Source: Amoeboradix gromovi X-113 (lineage: Eukaryota; Fungi; Sanchytriomycota). Taken from it: a DNA stretch of 9,954 nt. The translations under genes were made by a program, and so were the position numbers. Below the pieces are notes generated by a model that saw nothing but the letters and a program-made list of their open reading frames with translations, was not told the origin of the DNA and did not search any database. Where the stretch lies: positions 1 to 9,954 of the forward strand of contig JADGIF010000368.1 of the NCBI GenBank assembly GCA_018985225.1, given 5' to 3'. This document shows, in pieces, positions 1-7,683 of this stretch; positions within the stretch are counted from its first letter, which is position 1, and every line of letters starts with the position of its first letter.

Positions 1-1
1 C

Positions 2-90
2 ATGTGGACGTAATTTCTTTTATGCAACTCTTTATTGCCGAGAAAAGTATTTGACAAAACGATTGCAATCAAATTATTGAACCGAGTTAT
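2..90 (+). repeat. 89-bp terminal direct repeat, copy 1 (identical to 9866-9954)
   Basis: atgtggacgtaatttc...ttgaaccgagttat at 2-90 matches 9866-9954 base for base. The preceding base differs (c at 1, t at 9865). Confidence 0.97.
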
Positions 91-197
91 AGAATATGCG
101 AATACTGTAAGATTGTCGAAGGATCTTGGAGCGTGTTCATTAATGTAGAAAAGATAAGGCCTATTGTAAAGTAAACATTTTTTATTTGTTACCGACT

Positions 198-2835
198 TTA
201 TAAATTTCTTGTTCGTTTTAAATCTTCAATAGATTTTGAGGGCGTACTTTTTTTTACATCCTCTAGAGAATTCGTTTTCAGTAGCATCTTCGAACGCAGA
301 TTACTCATAGAACCAGAACCGAATTGGCCACCCAACGCATTTCCTAATCCATTCTTCGTGTATTTAGCTCTGATATTAGTCATACACAAATTCATCAACA
401 TTTTAAATTTTCTGACCATTTCTTCATTGCTGAATACTATTGTCATGTCCACATCGTTGTCAAAATGAATTATTATTTTGTTTTTTCTATCCAAATCTTC
501 TATTAGTACAGGCCTGCTACAAAGATCTAGTTTAAATACATTTCCATCACTTTTCAATTGATAATCGTTATTGGAGGATATCTTTTTGATAGTATGTAGT
601 GACATGTACTTGTCATTGCTATTGAATAGTAGAAAATACCGTCTCCATAAATTTATGTGGAACTTTTTGCTTAGCACTTCCACATAATCATAGAATATAC
701 CGCTGTCATTGGCTTGCGCAGAGTTTAGCTTTACCAGATTGCCTAATGTGCTTCTGTCTATTATGTCACGATTAGATCCAACTCCGTGTCCTGATTTGTA
801 TTTAGTTTCTTTGACTGTAGATTTAGCATTCTTAAGCTTCTCTGCCTCTTGTCTAAGAAGCAAAAAGTTAATATTTGTCGCCAAAAATATAAAAGTACTT
901 AATATGATTCTTTTGGTTGTTTGGTCAAATATTTCTGGGAGAGTAAAGCCTAGGGCTAACGCAAAAAAAAATATCGCATTAAAAAGTATGTAATTCATAT
1001 ATCTTCCCAACTTTGAGGAGATTTTGTTCACATGCAGTACGTAAGCTAGAAACACTGCGTAACCATAATTAACAACGTTGAAAATTATTAGCATTGTGTA
1101 CATGATATTGTGTGCTAATAAATTGCTTGCTTGGCAGACAAACTCGTAGCCCGCTGTTTTCTCAGTATATACATGGGCCTTTTTGAAGTCTGCCATGAGT
1201 ACCCAAAACAATGAAAACAAAACATTAAGTGCCATTAAAATAAACGGGACAAATCTAAGATGCTCGTCAGTTTTTCCTTTGATTTCCACTCTTATACCGC
1301 TAAGAGTCTTGAAAAGTTTCCACAATTTCATAGTGATCAGCATCCCACAAACATTTAACGATACAATTCCAAAGAATCGCTGAGATGCACATACAGCCTA
1401 AATAAGAAGCAAATACCGCGTTCAAGTCTAGAAGAAGAAAGATGGAAGACAAATTTCCAGTTATTATAATTGCCGTAGCCAAAGCCCGTTTTACTGTCCA
1501 TGTCTTCTTCTTGTAAATGGAAATAGAGTTAAACACAAGTGCAGCAAGAATCAGAAAGGAAGAGATGAAAATTAAAAAATAGAGAAAATATGTGTATTTG
1601 GAGAGAATCGTATAGGCTAATTTGTCGATATCAATGTGGTCTTTGATGTTTCCATCTTCTGCCCAGGAATACTTAAATCCTGCCATTGTTACAATCTTGT
1701 TTTCATTTGCATTGTAAACAAAAGCAATATTAAACGACTCGCCTTGTTTTTGGAATATATTGAATTCACTAACTAGATCTCTGGAGTACGTAATATTTGC
1801 ACTACCAGAAGGACCTTTAACTGTCATGGGATTTAGTATACCAATGTTATCCAGAAACCAATTGGGTCCGAGCTCACCAAAAGTAGAAACGTTATGGTTT
1901 TGCTTAGCGATTTGTATGTATTCTAAAAAGACATTCACGCAAGTCAAATAAAAAGGTGCATAAAATAAATCATCAAGAGAAAACTGGGACTGAATTTTCG
2001 CAAAAGAATCGCTAGTTGCTTTGTACTCTACTGTGTTGCGATCAGCAGCCGGTGCAGAGTATAATATGTTTGCTTTTCCAGAGTATGAGGAAAAGGTATC
2101 TGCTCCAATCCAAACATAGTCGTTAGTAAACATAGATGCCTGACCTGCAGTGCTAGAAGAAATCATTGTTTGAAATTCAGATGCCTCACCCAAGAAAACC
2201 GTTATTGTACATTCTTCGTCTTTGATTTTTTGAAGATACAATGAAAATTCTTTTTGGTATGCTTCATATTGAATGTCTGTAACAATTTTCACATTTTTAT
2301 TTTTACTCAACTCATCCAAAAAAGCTGTTCTAACACCCATAGGAAAAGCATCCTTACTGTTCATAATGTTCACGCTTGACCAGTTATTTTGAATAATAAA
2401 TTGGGCGAGAACTTTTCCTTGAATTGAATCATTCGGGCATGTTCTGATAAAGTGGGGGTATTCAACCTTGTTTTCCAGGTCTTGATTAGACGCAGACCCA
2501 GAACAGCTTGGAAGGCCTTTTAAACTAAAAATTGGTTGAACATTTTTCACCTGGCCACTAGAGTACGCTCCTATTACAAAGTCGCAATTTTCAATCATTT
2601 TAAAGGCAGTATTGGTGTTCAGAACCGCATTTCCTCCTGCACCACTGTCTTCAAAACTAGTCAAACTAAATGTTTGGTTGTACTGTTTTCCTAATTTGCT
2701 AGCGTGATCAAGTGTTAATAAATTCAAATACTTATAGTAAAGATCCATGTCGTTGTTTACCAGCTCTAGCCTTCGCAACATGGTACATAGCCTTAAGTTT
2801 TCCGCGTAAATATTAACAAGAAGCACCAGTAGCAT
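198..2835 (-). CDS. Class C (GABA-B/mGluR-like) GPCR: signal peptide, Venus-flytrap (ANF_receptor-like) domain, 7TM (7tm_3-like) and PH-like tail; exons 2835-1417 and 1397-198, about 872 aa
   Basis: ATG at 2835 starts a signal-like MLLVLLVNIYA. Flytrap motifs VIGAYSSG and SGSASNQDLENKVEYPHFIRTCPNDSIQGKVLAQFIIQNNW are present. TM1-2 lie in ORF 1300..2883 and the later TMs in ORF 198..1343. Removing a 19-nt GT..AG intron joins the frames and restores a class C TM3 (AVCASQRFFGIVSLNVCGMLITMKLWKLF, matching the C...KxWR pattern). There is no cysteine-rich domain, as in GABA-B-type receptors. Confidence 0.85.
1398..1416 (-). other. Putative 19-nt spliceosomal intron GTATTTGCTTCTTATTTAG (phase 0)
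   Basis: GTA...TTTAG ends, AT-rich. Excision exactly reconciles the frames of ORFs 1300..2883 and 198..1343 and restores the conserved TM3 Cys. Confidence 0.75.
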
Positions 2836-3237
2836 CTCAAGCCACAAAATGAATTTCTTGATAACGACTAATATACTAAACAAATCTGTAAGTTAACATA
2901 GGAAGTTGTGAGAGACGTTTCGGCAGCATGGAAGATATACTTACATGCATTCCTAATGAAGTCCCGTTTAAGGGTAATGAAAGCATGAAGAAACATTGTA
3001 ATTGAATGGGTAGCTATCTGCTTCATTGGAAATTCTTGATTTTCTCGTAAATCAGCTTTTTCAATGGGGACACACTTGCTGGCTTGAATAATTTTTCAGA
3101 TAGTTTTTAATAGCTTTGTTTAGTTTTTGTCCAATTCTACATGATATGCTTTCCAACTTAGCCTCAAAATCTCAGCAAATCTGTTCAACTGAGGTGTACG
3201 GAAGGTTTGCATAGATTAATAAGTTACTTCCTGCTTT

Positions 3238-3591
3238 TAAACGGTTGAAGATTTAAAGTGTCAGTTATTTTTCTCTGCACTTAATGAAAATACCCCATCG
3301 GTCCGAGGACTACAAGACTACCGTGCGGCACTACCTCAAACAGTCTCATAATCAAGCGGAAACGTTTCGCATCTTCGGCTGCGAAAACAAGACGCTGGGT
3401 CGCTAGGTCAAAAGGTACAGAACGGAAGGCGAGTTGAAGCGGCATAATCGACTGGGAGTGATGCTCTCTCACAGCATCAAAGATCACGACGCGGTTCACG
3501 CACTTTACGCAGACATGAGTAAGGTCTAACGTTAGAGAGGTAAGGTGCCAAATCACTTAAATATTTGACAGTTTAAATCTTCAATGGTATA
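3238..3591 (+). mobile_element. Non-autonomous IS630/Tc1-mariner-like element (354 bp including flanking TA) with terminal inverted repeats
   Basis: TIRs 3238-3270 and 3559-3591 match 27/33. The cores ttgaagatttaaagtgtca (3245-3263) and tgacagtttaaatcttcaa (3566-3584) match 18/19. TA lies at both outer ends. The element encloses an HTH transposase fragment and is locally GC-rich (31/60 at 3301-3360 versus 18/60 at 421-480). Confidence 0.85.
3284..3529 (+). pseudogene. Truncated IS630-family transposase N-terminal helix-turn-helix with an in-frame TAG at 3404-3406
   Basis: Translates as MKIPHRSEDYKTTVRHYLKQSHNQAETFRIFGCENKTLGR*VKRYRTEGELKRHNR..., fitting the IS630 N-terminal pattern HxSEDYK...xxIFxC..xxLxRWxKRY...G. 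The stop replaces the conserved Trp (TGG to TAG). No DDE domain remains. Confidence 0.8.
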
Positions 3592-3599
3592 AATAAAAA

Positions 3600-4451
3600 T
3601 TAATTTTTATTGTTTTTCAAAAATCCAAATTTCAACGCCATCTCGCTGGCCTCACCGTTAGCTTTTCCAATTTTTAGTCTTTTACCCCTGTCTCTTCTCT
3701 TATGCTCCATAACCTCTCCAACAGTCATTCCTTCCATTTCTACATTTGGAACAAGACCTTTAGAAGTCAATTCAACCCTGGTTACTTTTGCCTTGATTAT
3801 CTTATCGCCAGAAAAATTGCCTGATGTGCTTCCCGATCTATTGTCATCCTTGTTAACAACGTTCACGAAAAATCCAGCAGCAACAAAATGTGGATTGTAA
3901 TTACCTACACTTCTAGCGTATATTTCATTGCCAATTGTCGGTTTTAATAACGGTGAGTTTACTGGCGATTCATGATTATCATCAAGCAAAGCTACTTTAG
4001 TCTTTATTTGTTTAAATGATGCTGTTCTCCGCTGCTCGTCTTCTTTGCCAGCATCCGCTACAATTTGCCTAAGTCTGTCAAACTGTTTTTGCGACATTTT
4101 CAAATAATTAATGGGGTTATTAACGCACTTCTTGTCTTTTTTTTGCAGGTTTTCAAGTGTTTGCCATGTTTGCTGAGGGTTTTCCACGTTCTCACAGTCA
4201 TCAGGGTCGGGTAAATTGAAGTTTTCTTGATATACCTTGAGTTGCTCTACTTTAAGCTTTGAGTTTCTCATGTATGGAACTCCATATTCGCTGTCTAGAG
4301 ATATAATTCGAGCCTTTTCAATTGGTGACACATGCTTGCCTATTCTACCATTAGCCTGCTCTATAAGATTTCTAGAGGTGTACGTTTGACGGTGGTTAAA
4401 GGACGCCATTGAAGATCTTTTTAAAAGATTTCCCATGTGATGCGTGGTCAT
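3600..4451 (-). CDS. Hypothetical protein, 283 aa, hydrophilic
   Basis: Long ATG-initiated ORF with host-like base composition; no motif recognised. Confidence 0.65.
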   Translation of the reverse strand: MTTHHMGNLLKRSSMASFNHRQTYTSRNLIEQANGRIGKHVSPIEKARIISLDSEYGVPYMRNSKLKVEQLKVYQENFNLPDPDDCENVENPQQTWQTLENLQKKDKKCVNNPINYLKMSQKQFDRLRQIVADAGKEDEQRRTASFKQIKTKVALLDDNHESPVNSPLLKPTIGNEIYARSVGNYNPHFVAAGFFVNVVNKDDNRSGSTSGNFSGDKIIKAKVTRVELTSKGLVPNVEMEGMTVGEVMEHKRRDRGKRLKIGKANGEASEMALKFGFLKNNKN

Positions 4452-4472
4452 GATAAAAAAATTGCAACAAAG

Positions 4473-4856
4473 GGGACATGCTCTGTAAAAACTAGACTAG
4501 ACAATTTGTATCGAAATTTCAAAAATAAACAGTCTGTATAGCTATTATTTTGCCCTTTCATCCAGTCTTTATTTCAAATAAAATATCACTATTACTCTGT
4601 AAAAACTAGAATAGATAAGAGTAATAATGTTATACTAACATTACAAAATGACTCTAGAAAAGAGTACCGTCTAAGAAAATGCACCTTTTGCTTAGATGCT
4701 CAAAGACCTCATATATTTGAACGAGACGCAGGGTCTTCTAGTTTTATTATGAAGAGGGGATTGAAAGTAATGAAAGAAAATTGGTATAATAGAAGATCTT
4801 TTATTAATGATAGTATTTCCTCAGTGAGTTAGTCTAGTTTTTATACTTGGTGTCCC
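4473..4856. mobile_element. MITE-like element (384 bp) with 27-nt imperfect TIRs and an internal duplicate of the left-end motif
   Basis: Left end gggaca-tgctctg-taaaaactagacta (4473-4499) versus reverse complement of the right end (4830-4856) gggaca-ccaagta-taaaaactagacta: 21/27, with perfect 14-nt and 6-nt blocks. ctctgtaaaaactaga is repeated at 4481-4496 and 4595-4610. Confidence 0.7.
4641..4832 (+). pseudogene. Possible C-terminal fragment (CxxC plus RuvC-III-like RD) of a second Fanzor/TnpB-like nuclease
   Basis: The stop-free frame 4542-4832 has no upstream start. It contains SRKEYRLRKCTFCLDAQRPHIFERDAGSSSFIMKRGL, resembling the RLxxCxxC...xxRDxxAAxNI tail. The TAG stop (4830-4832) coincides with the inner edge of the right TIR. 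Confidence 0.45.
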
Positions 4857-5225
4857 ATATAATTGCAAATACATGAAAAAGTGGTATCCCAATCAAGAGA
4901 GACATTAAGGGACTTTTTTAAGCTGTGACGAATACTAGGAAGGTCATTTGATATAATTTAATAAAGAAATTAATTGTCAAACGTATGCAAGTATTAGAAT
5001 TCTAAAGAAAAGCTATTTGGAGACATAAATTTATAAACTTACATTGGGAAGCGAATAGAAATTAAGTAGCATCTAGAAGAATATATTTGCGATGTACGGA
5101 ACGATATGCGCTCCCGCCTCAAGGTTGTAAAAACGTGGGCAGTCTCTGCAAAAGAGCGACTAGGTTGCTAATTTCTCTGCGGAAATTCCTAATCTTTTAG
5201 GAACCAGGACTGTCGACGAGAAGGC

Positions 5226-5355
5226 TGGTTGTGATTTGCAAAATGGAGCAATTGTGTATAACAATATCCACTTTACACTGTTGAGGCATTGCATCCTCTG
5301 TAAATATTGAGTTTGTGATATCGGCGTAGCATCACTGAAGTAGCTTTATAAGAAG
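5226..5355 (-). ncRNA. Putative Fanzor omegaRNA scaffold remnant and 3' end of the element
   Basis: Lies directly 3' of the Fanzor stop. Three successive hairpins on the minus strand: GUGAUG-cuacgccga-UAUCAC (5335-5315), GAGG-augcaaug-CCUC (5298-5283) and GUGGAUA-uugu-UAUACAC (5271-5254). A weak TIR-like segment follows near 5227-5250. The position matches the known omegaRNA location. Confidence 0.45.
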
Positions 5356-6196
5356 CTACTGAGCTCTTTGGAGATATACTGGTCTAGCCAATCTACTAAT
5401 GGCTCTCTTTTCTATCTTCCAAATGTTGCTAGCAGCGTTCACATCTCTGTTCCGCAGCCTTGAACAAGTGCCACACTTGACAAGACCATGGCGCAGGATG
5501 CTTCCATTCCTGTAAGGTCTAGAGTTGTCCCACTCTCTGAATGTGCACGCTGCGGAATAATATTGACTCGTTCACTATCGATCCGGGTGTAGTACTCAGC
5601 ATCTGATGTCTTTGGCTCGTTAACACTCAAGATATCGTTCTTCACCTTGCGCAACTCGCGACATCGAGAGTTTATCCGCTCCGTTTTTTGCTCTGCGGTA
5701 CTGTCACCATCCTTGATGGCTTCGATCTGGTACTTCTTGTGATGCACCACATTGACGAACCGCTCGACATGTTCGCAGAAGTGCTGCTTGATGCTGTTTT
5801 CCTACATAGTGATAACCTCAATTGCCGTGTAGTCCGGCACTGTGTTGAGATGGTGGTAGTTCATGGTATCTACTATCAGTGGCTCATATTGCTCCGGGTA
5901 GAACTCTGTGAGCATTGCTTTCAGCTCTTGAGTCCCAGTCTTTGAATCTCTGCCTTGTTCTCTGTTTTCTTGCAGAGAATCTTCATGACCGCGCTGACAA
6001 AAGGCTTGTCGATGCTAGGTAGAGCATCTCCACTTTCAGAGCAGTGGATCAGATACAGCTTCAGGAACTGCAAGCTGTGAGCTGTAATCCTATTATTGAG
6101 CAGGTCTGCACTGTTGAGCTTCCCAATGACCTCTTAATTCTTGACGATGCTCTTGAGGCTAGTCTTGATACACTGAAAGAAGGGCTTATCTTCCAT
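5356..6196 (-). pseudogene. Fanzor (eukaryotic TnpB-like RNA-guided endonuclease, Fanzor1-like), decayed and internally deleted
   Basis: Conceptual translation across three frames: MEDKPFFQCIKTSLKSIVKN*EVIGKLNS...AHSLQFLKLYLIHC...LPSIDKPFVSAVMKILC, then a 1-nt frameshift near 5953, then TQELKAMLTEFYPEQYEPL...YHHLNTVPDYTAIEVITM*ENSIKQHFCEHVERFVNVV...CRELRKVKNDILSV...IIPQR, then a deletion junction near 5547, then TFREWDNSRPYRNGSILRHGLVKCGTCSRLRNRDVNAASNIWKIEKRAISRLARPVYLQRAQ*. The tail is the Fanzor HGLxxCxxC / NRDxNAAxNI / RPxYLxR signature. In-frame stops are at 6134-6136 and 5802-5804. Confidence 0.88.
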
Positions 6197-6262
6197 ACCA
6201 TCTCCTGGAGAGGTTGTGATCTTGGAATAACTTCTTTTGTACCAAAGAATTTTTTGCCGTCG

Positions 6263-6292
6263 TATTTGATATTTTAAGCCTTCAGCGGGATA
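6263..6292 (-). repeat. 5' terminal repeat of the Fanzor element, related to the IS630-element TIRs
   Basis: tatttgatattttaagccttcagcgggata (6263-6292) versus tatttgacagtttaaatcttcaatggtata (3562-3591): 23/30 identical without gaps, both ending in TA. Confidence 0.7.
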
Positions 6293-6326
6293 AACAGAGC
6301 GAATTTTTTTTATTTTTCCAAACAGC

Positions 6327-7418
6327 ATGGGCTTTTCTAAGTTTGTTATATATCTAGCCGGTTTGTATTTTACCATTTTGTTTATCTTTTTAAGCGTCCC
6401 AGATATTCAAGGGCATTTGGTAGTTCTGCATTGGGTTAATTACCCTTCCTCTAAACCTTCAGAAACGTACAAATATTGGATAAAAGAAAGTATTGTTGAA
6501 AACTTTTACATTGAAAAAAGCGGAATTAAACTTGGGGCTTGGATTATTGGGGCTTCAATAAAATCTTTAAAAAGTGGCTCAAATGTGTTTGTTTATGTAC
6601 ATGGTAACGCAAAGGACAGATCTGATTTTCATCGAACTAGAATGTACAAAATACTATCCAAAACTTTTCCAGTTATTGCATTCGACTATTCGTGCTTTGG
6701 TGACTCGCGTTGCCGTCATAGCTCTTGGATTCCTCCATCTGAAGATGAACTCGTTGATGATTTGGATGTTGTTATCGATTTTCTTGTTAGTAAAGGTATA
6801 AAATATGGAGACATTTCCATCGTAGCTCATAGTTTGGGCACTGGAGTAGCATCAAAATTTCTATATCACAACCCTCAGGCGAAAATTGCTGGTCTATGTT
6901 TATTAGCACCAATGGCTAGTATACCAATGGCTGTCATAGACTACCCAATTCTGCCAGTACTGAAGCCTTTCACTTTCTTCTCTTCGGATCTGAAGTTGGC
7001 AATAATGGATTTAATTCATATCAAGTTCAACAACACCTTGCATATACCTAACCTGGACATCCCAATACTACTTATACATGGTTCACTTGATAAAATTGTT
7101 CCTTTAGACCATTCTCAAATGATATACAATGCTGTTTTAGATTTAAAAGACGAAGCTGCTGATGAATCCATTTTTAATCATCTCACGAATATACAGGATG
7201 TTTTGAGCTTTTTCAATAGTAGCATTTCTCATGGCTGGAATCACGTTCCTGTCAGACAGGGAAATAGCTTTAATTTCTATAGAAGCGAGAATATTCGATT
7301 TTTACAGCTAAAATTTGCGAGACATAATGATTTAGAATCATTTGACCTAACGGAGGAATACTTGAACGAATTTATAGCAGATGTGTTTACTATTTCATTT
7401 GATGCACCAATTATATGA
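6327..7418 (+). CDS. ABHD12: ABHD12-like alpha/beta hydrolase (lysophospholipase or monoacylglycerol lipase-like) with N-terminal membrane anchor
   Basis: Motifs YVHGNAKDRSDFHR, FDYSCFGDS, nucleophile elbow AHSLGTGVA, LIHGSLDKIVP and a C-terminal RHN His; hydrophobic N-terminus. Confidence 0.85.
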   Translation: MGFSKFVIYLAGLYFTILFIFLSVPDIQGHLVVLHWVNYPSSKPSETYKYWIKESIVENFYIEKSGIKLGAWIIGASIKSLKSGSNVFVYVHGNAKDRSDFHRTRMYKILSKTFPVIAFDYSCFGDSRCRHSSWIPPSEDELVDDLDVVIDFLVSKGIKYGDISIVAHSLGTGVASKFLYHNPQAKIAGLCLLAPMASIPMAVIDYPILPVLKPFTFFSSDLKLAIMDLIHIKFNNTLHIPNLDIPILLIHGSLDKIVPLDHSQMIYNAVLDLKDEAADESIFNHLTNIQDVLSFFNSSISHGWNHVPVRQGNSFNFYRSENIRFLQLKFARHNDLESFDLTEEYLNEFIADVFTISFDAPII

Positions 7419-7683
7419 AGCCCATTCTCACAAATTGTCCTCATTTCCAAGTAGCAGGAACACCCAGAAACCCCACTGCGAATCTTACATCTTCAAGTTA
7501 TCATATACGAGAGAAAGATATCCAAATGCTGCTTGCCTGGGAGCAAGATGACATTACAAACATCAAGACAATATGAAATGTTTATCGGCTGAGGTCTGGC
7601 AAGACATGCTGAAATGCTAATCAGCTACGCTATTTTTTGAAATAGATCCCATATAATACAATGCGTTAATAAATTTATTCGAT

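Noticed and set aside
1300-1397. Two separate genes or a programmed frameshift in the GPCR
   Set aside because: A GT-AG excision restores a conserved TM3, and no slippery site was seen. The ORF tail GCMCISAILW...FQDS is read-through of the intron into the wrong frame.
709-1951. Plus-strand ORFs 709-993, 1183-1383 and 1760-1951
   Set aside because: Antisense shadows of the GPCR with no motifs.
2886-2944. Possible 59-nt minus-strand intron (GTAAGTAT...TTAACTTACAG) extending the GPCR 5' in frame
   Set aside because: The splice signals look plausible, but the added peptide is unrecognisable and ATG 2835 already gives a good signal peptide. It cannot be supported without RNA data.
2937-2947. ATACTTACATG resembling the 5' end of U1 snRNA
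   Set aside because: It mismatches ATACTTACCTG, and no U1 stem-loops or Sm site follow.
3281-3900. ORFs 3281-3556 (-) and 3610-3900 (+)
   Set aside because: Antisense to the transposase relic and the orphan gene respectively.
4481-4610. CRISPR-like array from the ctctgtaaaaactaga repeats
   Set aside because: Only two direct copies 114 bp apart, better explained as subterminal repeats of a transposon. No cas genes are present and the context is eukaryotic.
4460-4868. aattgcaa at 4460-4467 and 4861-4868 as an 8-bp target-site duplication of the MITE
   Set aside because: The copies are offset 5 and 4 nt from the TIRs and are AT-rich and near-palindromic, so chance cannot be excluded.
3404-6136. 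Stop-codon reassignment (TAA/TAG read as Gln) to explain the in-frame stops in the transposon ORFs
   Set aside because: Two of the three stops fall at expected Trp and Tyr positions and co-occur with a frameshift and a deletion. Long host ORFs have no internal TAA/TAG and end on TAA, TAG or TGA. This is ordinary pseudogene decay.
5439-6376. ORFs 5439-5750, 5688-5945, 6044-6277 and 6134-6376 as independent genes
   Set aside because: The minus-strand ORFs are pieces of the Fanzor pseudogene and the plus-strand ORFs are its antisense shadows.
7415-7576. 53-aa plus-strand ORF overlapping the ABHD12-like stop (ATGA)
   Set aside because: Short, with no recognisable motif; likely 3' UTR or intergenic sequence.
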